From NCBI GenBank assembly GCA_040219255.1, contig JAVJSW010000039.1, forward strand, positions 64,001 through 128,000: 64,000 nt of DNA, given 5' to 3'. The notes beneath the pieces were generated by a model that worked only from the letters and a program-made list of their open reading frames with translations, had not been told where the DNA came from and did no database searches. The stretch comes from Sumerlaeia bacterium. Its GTDB lineage: Bacteria > Sumerlaeota > Sumerlaeia > SLMS01 > JAHLLQ01. The position numbers were made by a program, and so were the translations under genes. Shown one piece after another: positions 19,062 to 27,228 of this stretch; the first letter of the stretch is position 1; every line of letters starts with the position of its first letter.

Positions 19062-20099
19062 TTAGTACCCCCGCCAGAGGTCGACCCGGTTCGGGATCGG
19101 ATCGCCCGCCGCGGCGGCGTTCAGCAGGCTAGCGAGGTCGGCGTAGCGATTGTCCTTTTCCTCGCGCGAGAGGCTGGCGCGGTGGGGGCTCATGGCCACA
19201 TTGTCGAGTTCATGAAAGGGATAGCGCGAGGGGCGGTTGGCCTCGGCTCCGGGCTGGCTTTCCTTGCTCGTGTCGATGTAGCTCCACCAGACATCGATGC
19301 CGGCGCCCTCGAGGGTGCCGTCTGTCAGGGCCTCGTAGACAGCCCGCTCGTCGGCGATTTCTCCCCGCCCCACATTCACGAAGAGCCGCGGAGGAGCCAG
19401 CGCCCGCAGTTCCTCCGCCCCCACCAGACCGCGCGTCTCCGGCGTGCCGGGCAGGCAGATCATCAGGGCGTTGCTGAGCGGCAGAAGGGATTTCCACTCC
19501 CCCATCGGGTGCAGTGTCAGGCCCGGCGCGATTTCCGTTTCGCGTTCGACGGAGCGCCGCACCGCCCGCACGCGCATGCCGAGCGCGTGGCAAGCGGTGG
19601 CGGCGCGTTGGCCGATGGCGCCGTAGCCGAGGAGCAGCAGGCTCTTGCCTGCGAGCTGGATCGCGGTGATGTCGTGCCATTGCTTTTCGGGCCAGCCCCG
19701 GGCGCGGAAGTCCCGCTCGCGCGGGTACATCCGCTTCGCCGCCGCCATCAGCAGCGCGACCGCCATCTCGGCCGTGGCGGGGGCGTTGTGATGCAGGTTG
19801 TGAAGGCCGATGTGGGGAAAATCCCTGAGGAGGTCGCAGACCTTGGGAGGCGGTCCGGCCCAGGGCACGATGACCGCCCGCAGGTTGGGAGAGGCTTCCA
19901 GGTGGCGGCGTTCGAGGGAGCCGCTGACCACCAGAATGTCGAAGTCCGCATCCGGCGGCAGGGAGAGATCGGGTTCGGCGGTGGGCTCGCCATCGCCCCG
20001 GTTGCGCGTGATGCGCACCGGATGGTCGATCCGTTGCCGGATGAAATCGAGGAAGTGGTCGCTGAGACCGTGGAGGAAGTGAACGCGAAGAGGTGTCAT
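19062..20099 (-). CDS. D-isomer-specific 2-hydroxyacid dehydrogenase
   Basis: LGYGAIG, CLPGTPETRGL, VNVGRG, GIDVW, SPHRA. Confidence 0.9.
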   Translation of the reverse strand: MTPLRVHFLHGLSDHFLDFIRQRIDHPVRITRNRGDGEPTAEPDLSLPPDADFDILVVSGSLERRHLEASPNLRAVIVPWAGPPPKVCDLLRDFPHIGLHNLHHNAPATAEMAVALLMAAAKRMYPRERDFRARGWPEKQWHDITAIQLAGKSLLLLGYGAIGQRAATACHALGMRVRAVRRSVERETEIAPGLTLHPMGEWKSLLPLSNALMICLPGTPETRGLVGAEELRALAPPRLFVNVGRGEIADERAVYEALTDGTLEGAGIDVWWSYIDTSKESQPGAEANRPSRYPFHELDNVAMSPHRASLSREEKDNRYADLASLLNAAAAGDPIPNRVDLWRGY

Positions 20100-20121
20100 G
20101 GTGATGGAAACCGGAGACTGG

Positions 20122-23100
20122 CTATCGCAAGAACCATCCCGACGTGCCGAACAAATCGAGCACGCCGGAGCCGGTGTTCTCCACCCGGTAGGCGGCTTCG
20201 CTCTGCAGATTTACCCCATTGCAGGTGTCGCCCGATCCAGCCTGGCACAGATCGATGGCCACGAAGGAGGCGGGTTGGGAACTGCTCCAGGAAATCGCCA
20301 GCGGCACGTTGTCGCTGGCCAGCGCATAGCGCGTCAGAAGCGGCGCCTGATCCGTGTTGGCGCCCGCCCAGACGCGCACCCGGAGCCGTGCACCGGCCGG
20401 GAGCCGGACCTGGGAGATCGCCAGCGACGCCCGCCCGTCGGAGGCCGCCGGGGCCACCAGCAGCCAGTCCGCATCGCCCGAATGATGGAGCGTGTGGCGC
20501 TGGGAGGCGCCCGCCGGAATGGCGTTCTCCGTCGTATCGGGCGAACTGTCGCCGATGGCTTCGAAGGCATCGGCCGCCAAGCGTGCGTCGCCCAGGCGAA
20601 GCGTCTGGTGAAGCGGCAGAGCACTGGCGCCGGAGGCTTCCTCGCCCGCGAACAGCACGGCGTAAGTGCCTGGCCGAGGATCGCCCCCATTGGCCTGGAA
20701 GGCGCTCGCGGGCAGCGTCACTGTCCACTCGCCGGCCGCCGCCTGGGTCATTGGGAAGGCCGCGAAGTCCGCAAGGGGCCCGCCGGATGAGGCATAATCG
20801 GTACGCGTCCAATGGACGTAGGCGGTGGCCTTCGTCAGGGTGTCGCTGCCGGAAATCCGGGCCGTGACCGCCACGTCCTGGGCGTCGGCGAGGGCCGAGG
20901 GAAGGTTGCTGGACTCGAAGGGATCGGGCAATCCGATGCGCCCCGTGCGTCCAAAGCGAAGGCCGGCGGCGATGACGCCGTCCTCATCGGATACCGAACC
21001 ATCGCCGTTATCGTCGAGCCAGGGATCGACTCGGAGGGTGCTGTAGGGGTTGACCTCCCAGCCGCGCAGGGCGGTTCGAACGGCGTCGTGGGCGGTCTTC
21101 CAATCCTCTCCGTCGAGGAGACGGTTCGCCAGCAGACGGCCGTAGGACAAAGCGCCATCCGCCGAGGTCACCGCGAGGCGGTCTCGTGAAGTTGACGTGA
21201 GCACGACGCGTTCTCGCCCGCCGGGGCCGCCGGAGATGGCCGGGACGAACCCCCCAGAGAAGGAGAAATCGGCCGCCACGATGGCGGTTTCGGTGGGCCG
21301 CCCGGATGGGTCCTGAGCGATGTCGAGCCAGAGGTTCAGTTCCGACGCGTTCAAGTTCTCGGTCGCGTTGACGAAGTAGCTCCAAGGCCCCGCATCGCCG
21401 GTTCGCTGACCGTGGCCGAGGAGCACGAGCGTCAGCCGATGCGCGTCCGCCCCCCACGTGGTGATGGCGTTTTGGAGGCTGGCGCGGGTCAGTTCCTCAT
21501 GGACGAGGGGATTTTCCTCCGGCGATTGGAAGGCGGAGAGGAGACGGAGGCGGTCGGCGGAGAACCCGCGTTCGAACGCGTTGGCAGCCAGGAAGTCGGC
21601 CGTCGACCGCGCCGACTCGGGGGCCGGGTGGCGCGAGCCGCCGCCCGCGACGAGGATCACCTTGTCGAAGGTGGGCAGGATGGCATCCGTGGCAACCGCC
21701 GAAATCAGCCCGGTCCGATCACGGAACTGGGCTTCGACGGTCTTGCCGCCGGCGCCGTCGGGGATGCGCCAGTCGAGGATCGGCTCTATCGCGCGCCAGG
21801 GTCCCCATTCGGCTCCCTGGTTGCGCAGCCGCATATCGCGCAGACCGCTGCCGGGAGCCGGGTCTTCCGCCGCGATGGTCAACGAAACCGTGGTTTCCCG
21901 CGTGAAGGCGTCGCCGCCGTTGATCGTCAGCGTTCCGCCGGGAGGTGTCGTATCCAGGCCGATGCCGGCGCAGATTGCTGGTGAGAGCAGATCGAGCACC
22001 GAGCGGAATTGGACGCAAACGGTCTTCTGGCCGTCGCCCGATTCCAGCTCCCAGCCGGCCGTAGAGGCCAACGGCTGCCACTCGCCCCAGGGTCCCTCGG
22101 CCCCGTTGCGCAGGCGCATTTCGTCCACCAGCGGCGAAGCCGTGATGGCGAGCAGGACGCTCGTGGCGCTGGTCCAGCCATCCTCGCTCACGATTTCCAG
22201 CGTTCCGCCGGGAACGGCCCCGGCAATCTGGAACGGCCAGAAATCGTCGCGCCGGTCGAGGACCACGGGCTCCGTCGCCGAGCTGACGACTTCCACGGAA
22301 ACCGTCCACAAGCCCGGGAATTCGTCCGCCGGGATAAGCAGCGCACGAGCCTCGCCGAGAGTCGTGGTGTCGCCGGGCGGCAACAGGTGCGTGGTCGGAC
22401 CGTCCTTGTAGCGAACGGCGCCGGTCTGATCCTTGGCTTGGAAGGTGACCAGCACCGGGCTGGTCGCTTCCGCGTCATTTGTCAGATCGATGGCGAAACG
22501 AAGGGCTTCCTCCGGTTCGAAGGCCTCGGAGAGCTGGCCGGTGCGCCCGCGAGTACGAAGCGGCGTGGGCAGAATCCGCGGCACCGGTCCGCCGACGAAC
22601 ACGCTTTGCGTGGCCATTCGGACGGTTGTGCAGAGATCGTCGACCACCGTCAGGAGCACTTCGCTGGTCGCCTCGTCGTCGGGCGCCACGGGGCGCCAGA
22701 GGGCTTCGTACCGGCCAGCGGTGCCGGTGGGGAGCAACTCGAGGGGCTCGCCGCCCTGGGAGAATAGAACGTAGGGATTGGCCAGGTTGGGATCGCTCGC
22801 GACCTGGATCGGGACCCACTGGCCAGCGCCGACAATGGCCGAGGATTTCGGTGAGACAATCGTCAGGGTACCCGGCGCGTCCGCTTGGCTGACGAAGGGC
22901 AGGGCGAGGGCCTTCTCGCGCGCCGCCGCATTGGAAGGCGCGCAGACGCAGACTTCGAACCGCGACAAACAAAGGGCGATTTCCATGTCGCGCAGAAGCT
23001 CGAGGTGGGCCTGCGGTTCGTTGCTTCGCACCCGCAGCCGGTTCTCGCCCGCCACCGCATCGGGAACGAGCAGCAGCATGGGGTCGAACGGCAGCCGCCA

Positions 23101-26100
23101 GCGGCCCGACGCTTCGGAATCTTCAGCCAACGCGATTTCGCTGTCGTTCAGAAAGAACTGGAAATCGTGTGGTCCGTGAACAAAACCCGATTCCGGCGAC
23201 ACCGTGACAAACAGGGTCGCCGAGGTGACGTCTGTCTCAGCGTCGAAGCCGGGGGGCAATTCGATGCGGGCCGACGTTTCTCCGCCGTTGCCGCCGGACA
23301 GCCCAGCCAGCCGCGCCCGCACGATCACATCGTCCAGAATCACGCAGCGCTGTGAACTTGTGCAGACAAGGGTGAGGTCGAGGGAGGCGCTCGCGCCGAA
23401 GGCGGAGGCGACCAACTGGCCGCTGGACGGCGCCCCGGCGGAGAGCGCCTGAGGCAGAGCGAAGACCTGAAACTGGCGCGCCTCGCCGGGCATCAGGCGC
23501 ACATGGCGCATCTGGGGCCAGAACTGGAGCGCTTCGTCAAAGCGCCCGGACCCGGCGATGCTCAGGTCCGTCAGCTCGATAGTGCCTGTATTGCGGACTT
23601 CGACGGTGGCCGAATCGCCATCAGGCGACGTCGAGACGAGCGCCAAGGCGACCGCCGGTTCGCCTTCGTCGATGGTCAGGCTCGCCGGGCAGGCGTGGAG
23701 GGTTCCGCCGCCAACGTCCTGAATGACGACGGCGAAGCGGTAATCCGTCCGTGCCGCCCGCGCCGAATGCACCGCCAGCGTCAGGCGATTGCTCTCGCCC
23801 GGAGCCAGGGTCATCGGAAAGGCCTCGCTGCCCAGGCCCAGGAATCCGATGGAAACATCGGAATTCGGGTTCTGAACGGTGCCAAAGATCTGCCTTGTCT
23901 GGGTAGAGGTGTTGGTCACTTCCAGCAGGGGACGCGCATCGTAGCCGCGCCGCACGACAAACGCACACTCCGCCTCGGGCAGCGCCACGCCCGATCCCAC
24001 GGTGAAGGTGAAGCGAGAGCTGTCGAAGCTCTGGCAGGCCGTTTCACTCCGGGCGAACCATTCGATGGTTTGCCCCTGAATCAAGCCCGGCAGTGGGAAG
24101 TGGTGGAAAATCGTGCCCTGGGGCCCGGTGATCGACTGGAATTCCGCATCCGCCCCGGCGAGACGCCAGAACACCGTGCCCTGCGACGGCGAGGCGGACA
24201 GCCAACTGACCGCCGTCTCTGCCGAGGCCAACGTGGCTCCATCCGGCGGCAGGTAATCGCTCTGACGCACTGCCGTCGCCAGTGCCAGGCGGCCTCCGGC
24301 GAGCCGCGTGGCGCCGCCGGCGCGCACCTCGACCGCAAAGGGCCGGTCGAGCAGTGGCAGCCGGTCTTGGCTTTCCTGACGCGAAAACGTCACCGTGGCC
24401 GCAGCCGTCCGACCCCGGTCGATGGTGGGCCGGCGGTTGCTCAAGCTCACACCGAGACCGGTCCGCGCCGTCACGTAGCTGGGAACGGCGGCCTCGAACT
24501 GGCGCGAAAGGGCGCCCCGATTTTCAATCACAAGGATCATGGCCGACGCAGCGCCGCAGGGCGGCACCGACACCACCGGATCACCGAAGGCAAAATAGCC
24601 GAAGGGGGCCGGATCGTCCGGTTCGCTGGCGTAGAGCACGGGATCGGCGAGATCGCTCTGCAAGACTGCCCATCGTGCCTCGGCGGCGCCGGAGGTCCAC
24701 TCCAGCCGCCAGAATCCAAGCCGCCACTCCGGATCGAAGAAGCGCGACTGTTCGTCGCCGCTCACCGTCCAGGTCTCGGCCAAAGAGCCATCCGGGCGAT
24801 AGAGCCGAAGCGTATCGCCCGCCGCCCCGGACACCAGAAGTTGGAACCGTTCGTCGCGCGTCACCCGCAGGAATCCGTTGAGCGGATTCGCCGCCCCCAC
24901 CTCGACCACAGCGGGAAAGAGGCGGTCTTTGGGTCCGCCGCCCGGGCAGCCGGGACGCGCCGGATCGGTCGGCAGCAGCACGCCCGTCGCATCCAGATCG
25001 AAGGACCGGTTGCCTAGGGAGCCGCTGCTGACGTGAACCGCGAGCGAATTGAAGCCTGGTTGGAGATACTGGGTCACATCCACCGGAGCGCCGCCGCTGG
25101 TGGTTGTCTGGCCGCACTCCCCACCCCACCAGCTTGAGAACACACCCCCGGGCACGAGGGTGCCGTTGATGAAGAGTTCCAGCCCGCCGTTGGCCTGCCA
25201 GGTCAGGACTCCTGAGGTCACACCGTCCCAATACGTATAACCGCGATAGAAGCGATCGCGGCGCAGCGCGCCGGCCGCCGCGTCGGGCAACGTCACCTCG
25301 GTCCATCCGCAATCGGGAAAGTTCGGATCGAACCAGGGCAAACCGTCTTCGATCAAATCGTCGCAGGTCGTGACGGGCTCGGAAGCCACCCAGAAAATTC
25401 CCTCCGGCCCGGGCACAATGGCGCCGGGCACGGGGGACACTTCGATCTGGCCCTCGTTGAACGAGGCATCGGAGACTGTGATCTGGCGCGGTTCGCCAAG
25501 CAGCCCGGGCGGGGCGGTGACGTTGAGAAATAGCAGGATGCCCTCGCCGGCTGGCAGGGGTTCGTCCAGGGCGAAGGCGACTCGTTTGGTCTCTGCTGTT
25601 TCATGCACGACCAGGAAGTCCGCGTCCAGGTCCGGTCCGGGAGCGATGCTCACGATCTCGACCTCTGGATCGAGGGACGCGAACGCCGCCACGCCCGAGA
25701 GCACACCGTCGCGTTCCGCCAGCCGCACCGGCACCGAGTAAGGCGCCGACCGGCCCGCCTCGGCCACCACCGTCCCGATCGTCAGAGCAGGTAGATTCGG
25801 ATCGCGAACGCGGACCGCCGGGTCGGTCAAAGCCGACCGGCCGGCGCCGTCGGAAACCGCGACCAGAGTCTTGCCAGGCACGAGGCCCCGCAGCGTCGCA
25901 CTCGCGGCCGTCGCGTTCGGTGTCACGCGCAGTATCGCGCCATTTTCCACGGTCCAGCGCAGCGGAAGCTGGGCCCCCACGGCGTTCAGAACCACTTCCT
26001 CGCCGGGCAGCAGGGCGATGGCTTCCGGTTCCAGGGCGATTTCCGAAGCCAGGGGGGGCTGGATCGCCAGAGTCCCGCCGTTGAGTGCGAAGGGAAGGGC

Positions 26101-27228
26101 GCCTTCGTTGGCCTGGGCTTCGATGACTTGCCAGGAAAATGTGCCTGTCGAAGCATCCGGTGGGATCGAGACGAGAGGCAGAAAAAGCTCGGTGCGATTG
26201 GTGCCGATCGGTTGCGCGAAGGACGCCGCCAGCGTCACGACGGAGCCGTCCTGGTGGAACGCGAAATGCCCGCTCGCCGTCTCGGTGCCTGGAAACAAAT
26301 CTTCGACCCGCACATCATCGGTGCCGAAATCGAGAACCACTTTGGCCGAAACGACCTCGTTGCCGTGGTCGATGGTGATGGGAAAGGGAAAGGCCCGTGC
26401 GCCGGCCCGCAATGTCACATCGGCGCTGCGAATCCGCGGAGAAAGCGCTGGCAGCAATCGAAAGTCGTCCGTCAAGACGATTAGCCCGTCATCGCGGAAC
26501 GCCGCCACTTGTGTGACGCCATCGCGCAGCCCGATCAGGTTGACCTGATAGCCGGAGGGCGGAGTGAAAGCCCCCAGGCCCGGCGTGGTCAGTCCCCAGG
26601 TAATCCGGAATTTCTGGTTGGTGACGGCCACGCGCGCCACTTCGCCGACCAGGAAATCGGCCGAACGGGGCGTCACATCCGTGCCGGTGCCTTGAAAAAC
26701 GATATTGAATTTTCGCGTCGAGACGCCCCCTGCGACGGGGCCTTCGTTCAATCGGACGTTTCTGAGCGTTACCGGTACATCTTCGTCGATGCTCACGCTG
26801 CCGGGAATCACCTCGAAATCCGCGATCAGAACATCGCCCGTGTCCGCCTCGTCGAAGGCCGCAGCGAAGCGCGACACGCCGGGAGTGGTTTCGACCGAGA
26901 CCGAGAGCAGAGCGGCCCTCAGGCTCGGACCCGTGCGAATGCCGCGCAGGCGCAGCTTCGCCGGATTGTACTCCAGAGTTCCCGAAACCGCCGCCGCGTT
27001 GCCGCCTGACAGGTTCATCATCATTCCGGCTCCCTGGATGCCGTTGACGGTGATCGTATCGCGTAACGCCAGGGTCTGGGCACCCGCCGCGGCGGCAAGG
27101 CAGAGTACGGCCAGGAGCGCCACGTAAGCCCCCCAGCCTCTCTGGAAAAAGGGTCGATGGCGCCATGGCGCCCCACTGGGAGCCCGGGAAGCGGGCACGA
27201 AAGGAAGGGTCATTGACTCGCGGCTCAC
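20122..27228 (-). CDS. 2368-aa secreted scaffoldin-like protein: 3 cohesin-like modules, Ig-like domains, C13/caspase-fold domain, PPC-like C-terminus
   Basis: Signal peptide ending AAAAGA; three beta-sandwich modules ending L/A/F-NEG; DTTPP.G...INGG Ig repeats; ILVAGG...LLGHG...ADFSFSGGF...WLDDNGDG peptidase-C13-like segment; ends GTSGWFLR. Confidence 0.75.
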   Translation of the reverse strand: MSRESMTLPFVPASRAPSGAPWRHRPFFQRGWGAYVALLAVLCLAAAAGAQTLALRDTITVNGIQGAGMMMNLSGGNAAAVSGTLEYNPAKLRLRGIRTGPSLRAALLSVSVETTPGVSRFAAAFDEADTGDVLIADFEVIPGSVSIDEDVPVTLRNVRLNEGPVAGGVSTRKFNIVFQGTGTDVTPRSADFLVGEVARVAVTNQKFRITWGLTTPGLGAFTPPSGYQVNLIGLRDGVTQVAAFRDDGLIVLTDDFRLLPALSPRIRSADVTLRAGARAFPFPITIDHGNEVVSAKVVLDFGTDDVRVEDLFPGTETASGHFAFHQDGSVVTLAASFAQPIGTNRTELFLPLVSIPPDASTGTFSWQVIEAQANEGALPFALNGGTLAIQPPLASEIALEPEAIALLPGEEVVLNAVGAQLPLRWTVENGAILRVTPNATAASATLRGLVPGKTLVAVSDGAGRSALTDPAVRVRDPNLPALTIGTVVAEAGRSAPYSVPVRLAERDGVLSGVAAFASLDPEVEIVSIAPGPDLDADFLVVHETAETKRVAFALDEPLPAGEGILLFLNVTAPPGLLGEPRQITVSDASFNEGQIEVSPVPGAIVPGPEGIFWVASEPVTTCDDLIEDGLPWFDPNFPDCGWTEVTLPDAAAGALRRDRFYRGYTYWDGVTSGVLTWQANGGLELFINGTLVPGGVFSSWWGGECGQTTTSGGAPVDVTQYLQPGFNSLAVHVSSGSLGNRSFDLDATGVLLPTDPARPGCPGGGPKDRLFPAVVEVGAANPLNGFLRVTRDERFQLLVSGAAGDTLRLYRPDGSLAETWTVSGDEQSRFFDPEWRLGFWRLEWTSGAAEARWAVLQSDLADPVLYASEPDDPAPFGYFAFGDPVVSVPPCGAASAMILVIENRGALSRQFEAAVPSYVTARTGLGVSLSNRRPTIDRGRTAAATVTFSRQESQDRLPLLDRPFAVEVRAGGATRLAGGRLALATAVRQSDYLPPDGATLASAETAVSWLSASPSQGTVFWRLAGADAEFQSITGPQGTIFHHFPLPGLIQGQTIEWFARSETACQSFDSSRFTFTVGSGVALPEAECAFVVRRGYDARPLLEVTNTSTQTRQIFGTVQNPNSDVSIGFLGLGSEAFPMTLAPGESNRLTLAVHSARAARTDYRFAVVIQDVGGGTLHACPASLTIDEGEPAVALALVSTSPDGDSATVEVRNTGTIELTDLSIAGSGRFDEALQFWPQMRHVRLMPGEARQFQVFALPQALSAGAPSSGQLVASAFGASASLDLTLVCTSSQRCVILDDVIVRARLAGLSGGNGGETSARIELPPGFDAETDVTSATLFVTVSPESGFVHGPHDFQFFLNDSEIALAEDSEASGRWRLPFDPMLLLVPDAVAGENRLRVRSNEPQAHLELLRDMEIALCLSRFEVCVCAPSNAAAREKALALPFVSQADAPGTLTIVSPKSSAIVGAGQWVPIQVASDPNLANPYVLFSQGGEPLELLPTGTAGRYEALWRPVAPDDEATSEVLLTVVDDLCTTVRMATQSVFVGGPVPRILPTPLRTRGRTGQLSEAFEPEEALRFAIDLTNDAEATSPVLVTFQAKDQTGAVRYKDGPTTHLLPPGDTTTLGEARALLIPADEFPGLWTVSVEVVSSATEPVVLDRRDDFWPFQIAGAVPGGTLEIVSEDGWTSATSVLLAITASPLVDEMRLRNGAEGPWGEWQPLASTAGWELESGDGQKTVCVQFRSVLDLLSPAICAGIGLDTTPPGGTLTINGGDAFTRETTVSLTIAAEDPAPGSGLRDMRLRNQGAEWGPWRAIEPILDWRIPDGAGGKTVEAQFRDRTGLISAVATDAILPTFDKVILVAGGGSRHPAPESARSTADFLAANAFERGFSADRLRLLSAFQSPEENPLVHEELTRASLQNAITTWGADAHRLTLVLLGHGQRTGDAGPWSYFVNATENLNASELNLWLDIAQDPSGRPTETAIVAADFSFSGGFVPAISGGPGGRERVVLTSTSRDRLAVTSADGALSYGRLLANRLLDGEDWKTAHDAVRTALRGWEVNPYSTLRVDPWLDDNGDGSVSDEDGVIAAGLRFGRTGRIGLPDPFESSNLPSALADAQDVAVTARISGSDTLTKATAYVHWTRTDYASSGGPLADFAAFPMTQAAAGEWTVTLPASAFQANGGDPRPGTYAVLFAGEEASGASALPLHQTLRLGDARLAADAFEAIGDSSPDTTENAIPAGASQRHTLHHSGDADWLLVAPAASDGRASLAISQVRLPAGARLRVRVWAGANTDQAPLLTRYALASDNVPLAISWSSSQPASFVAIDLCQAGSGDTCNGVNLQSEAAYRVENTGSGVLDLFGTSGWFLR

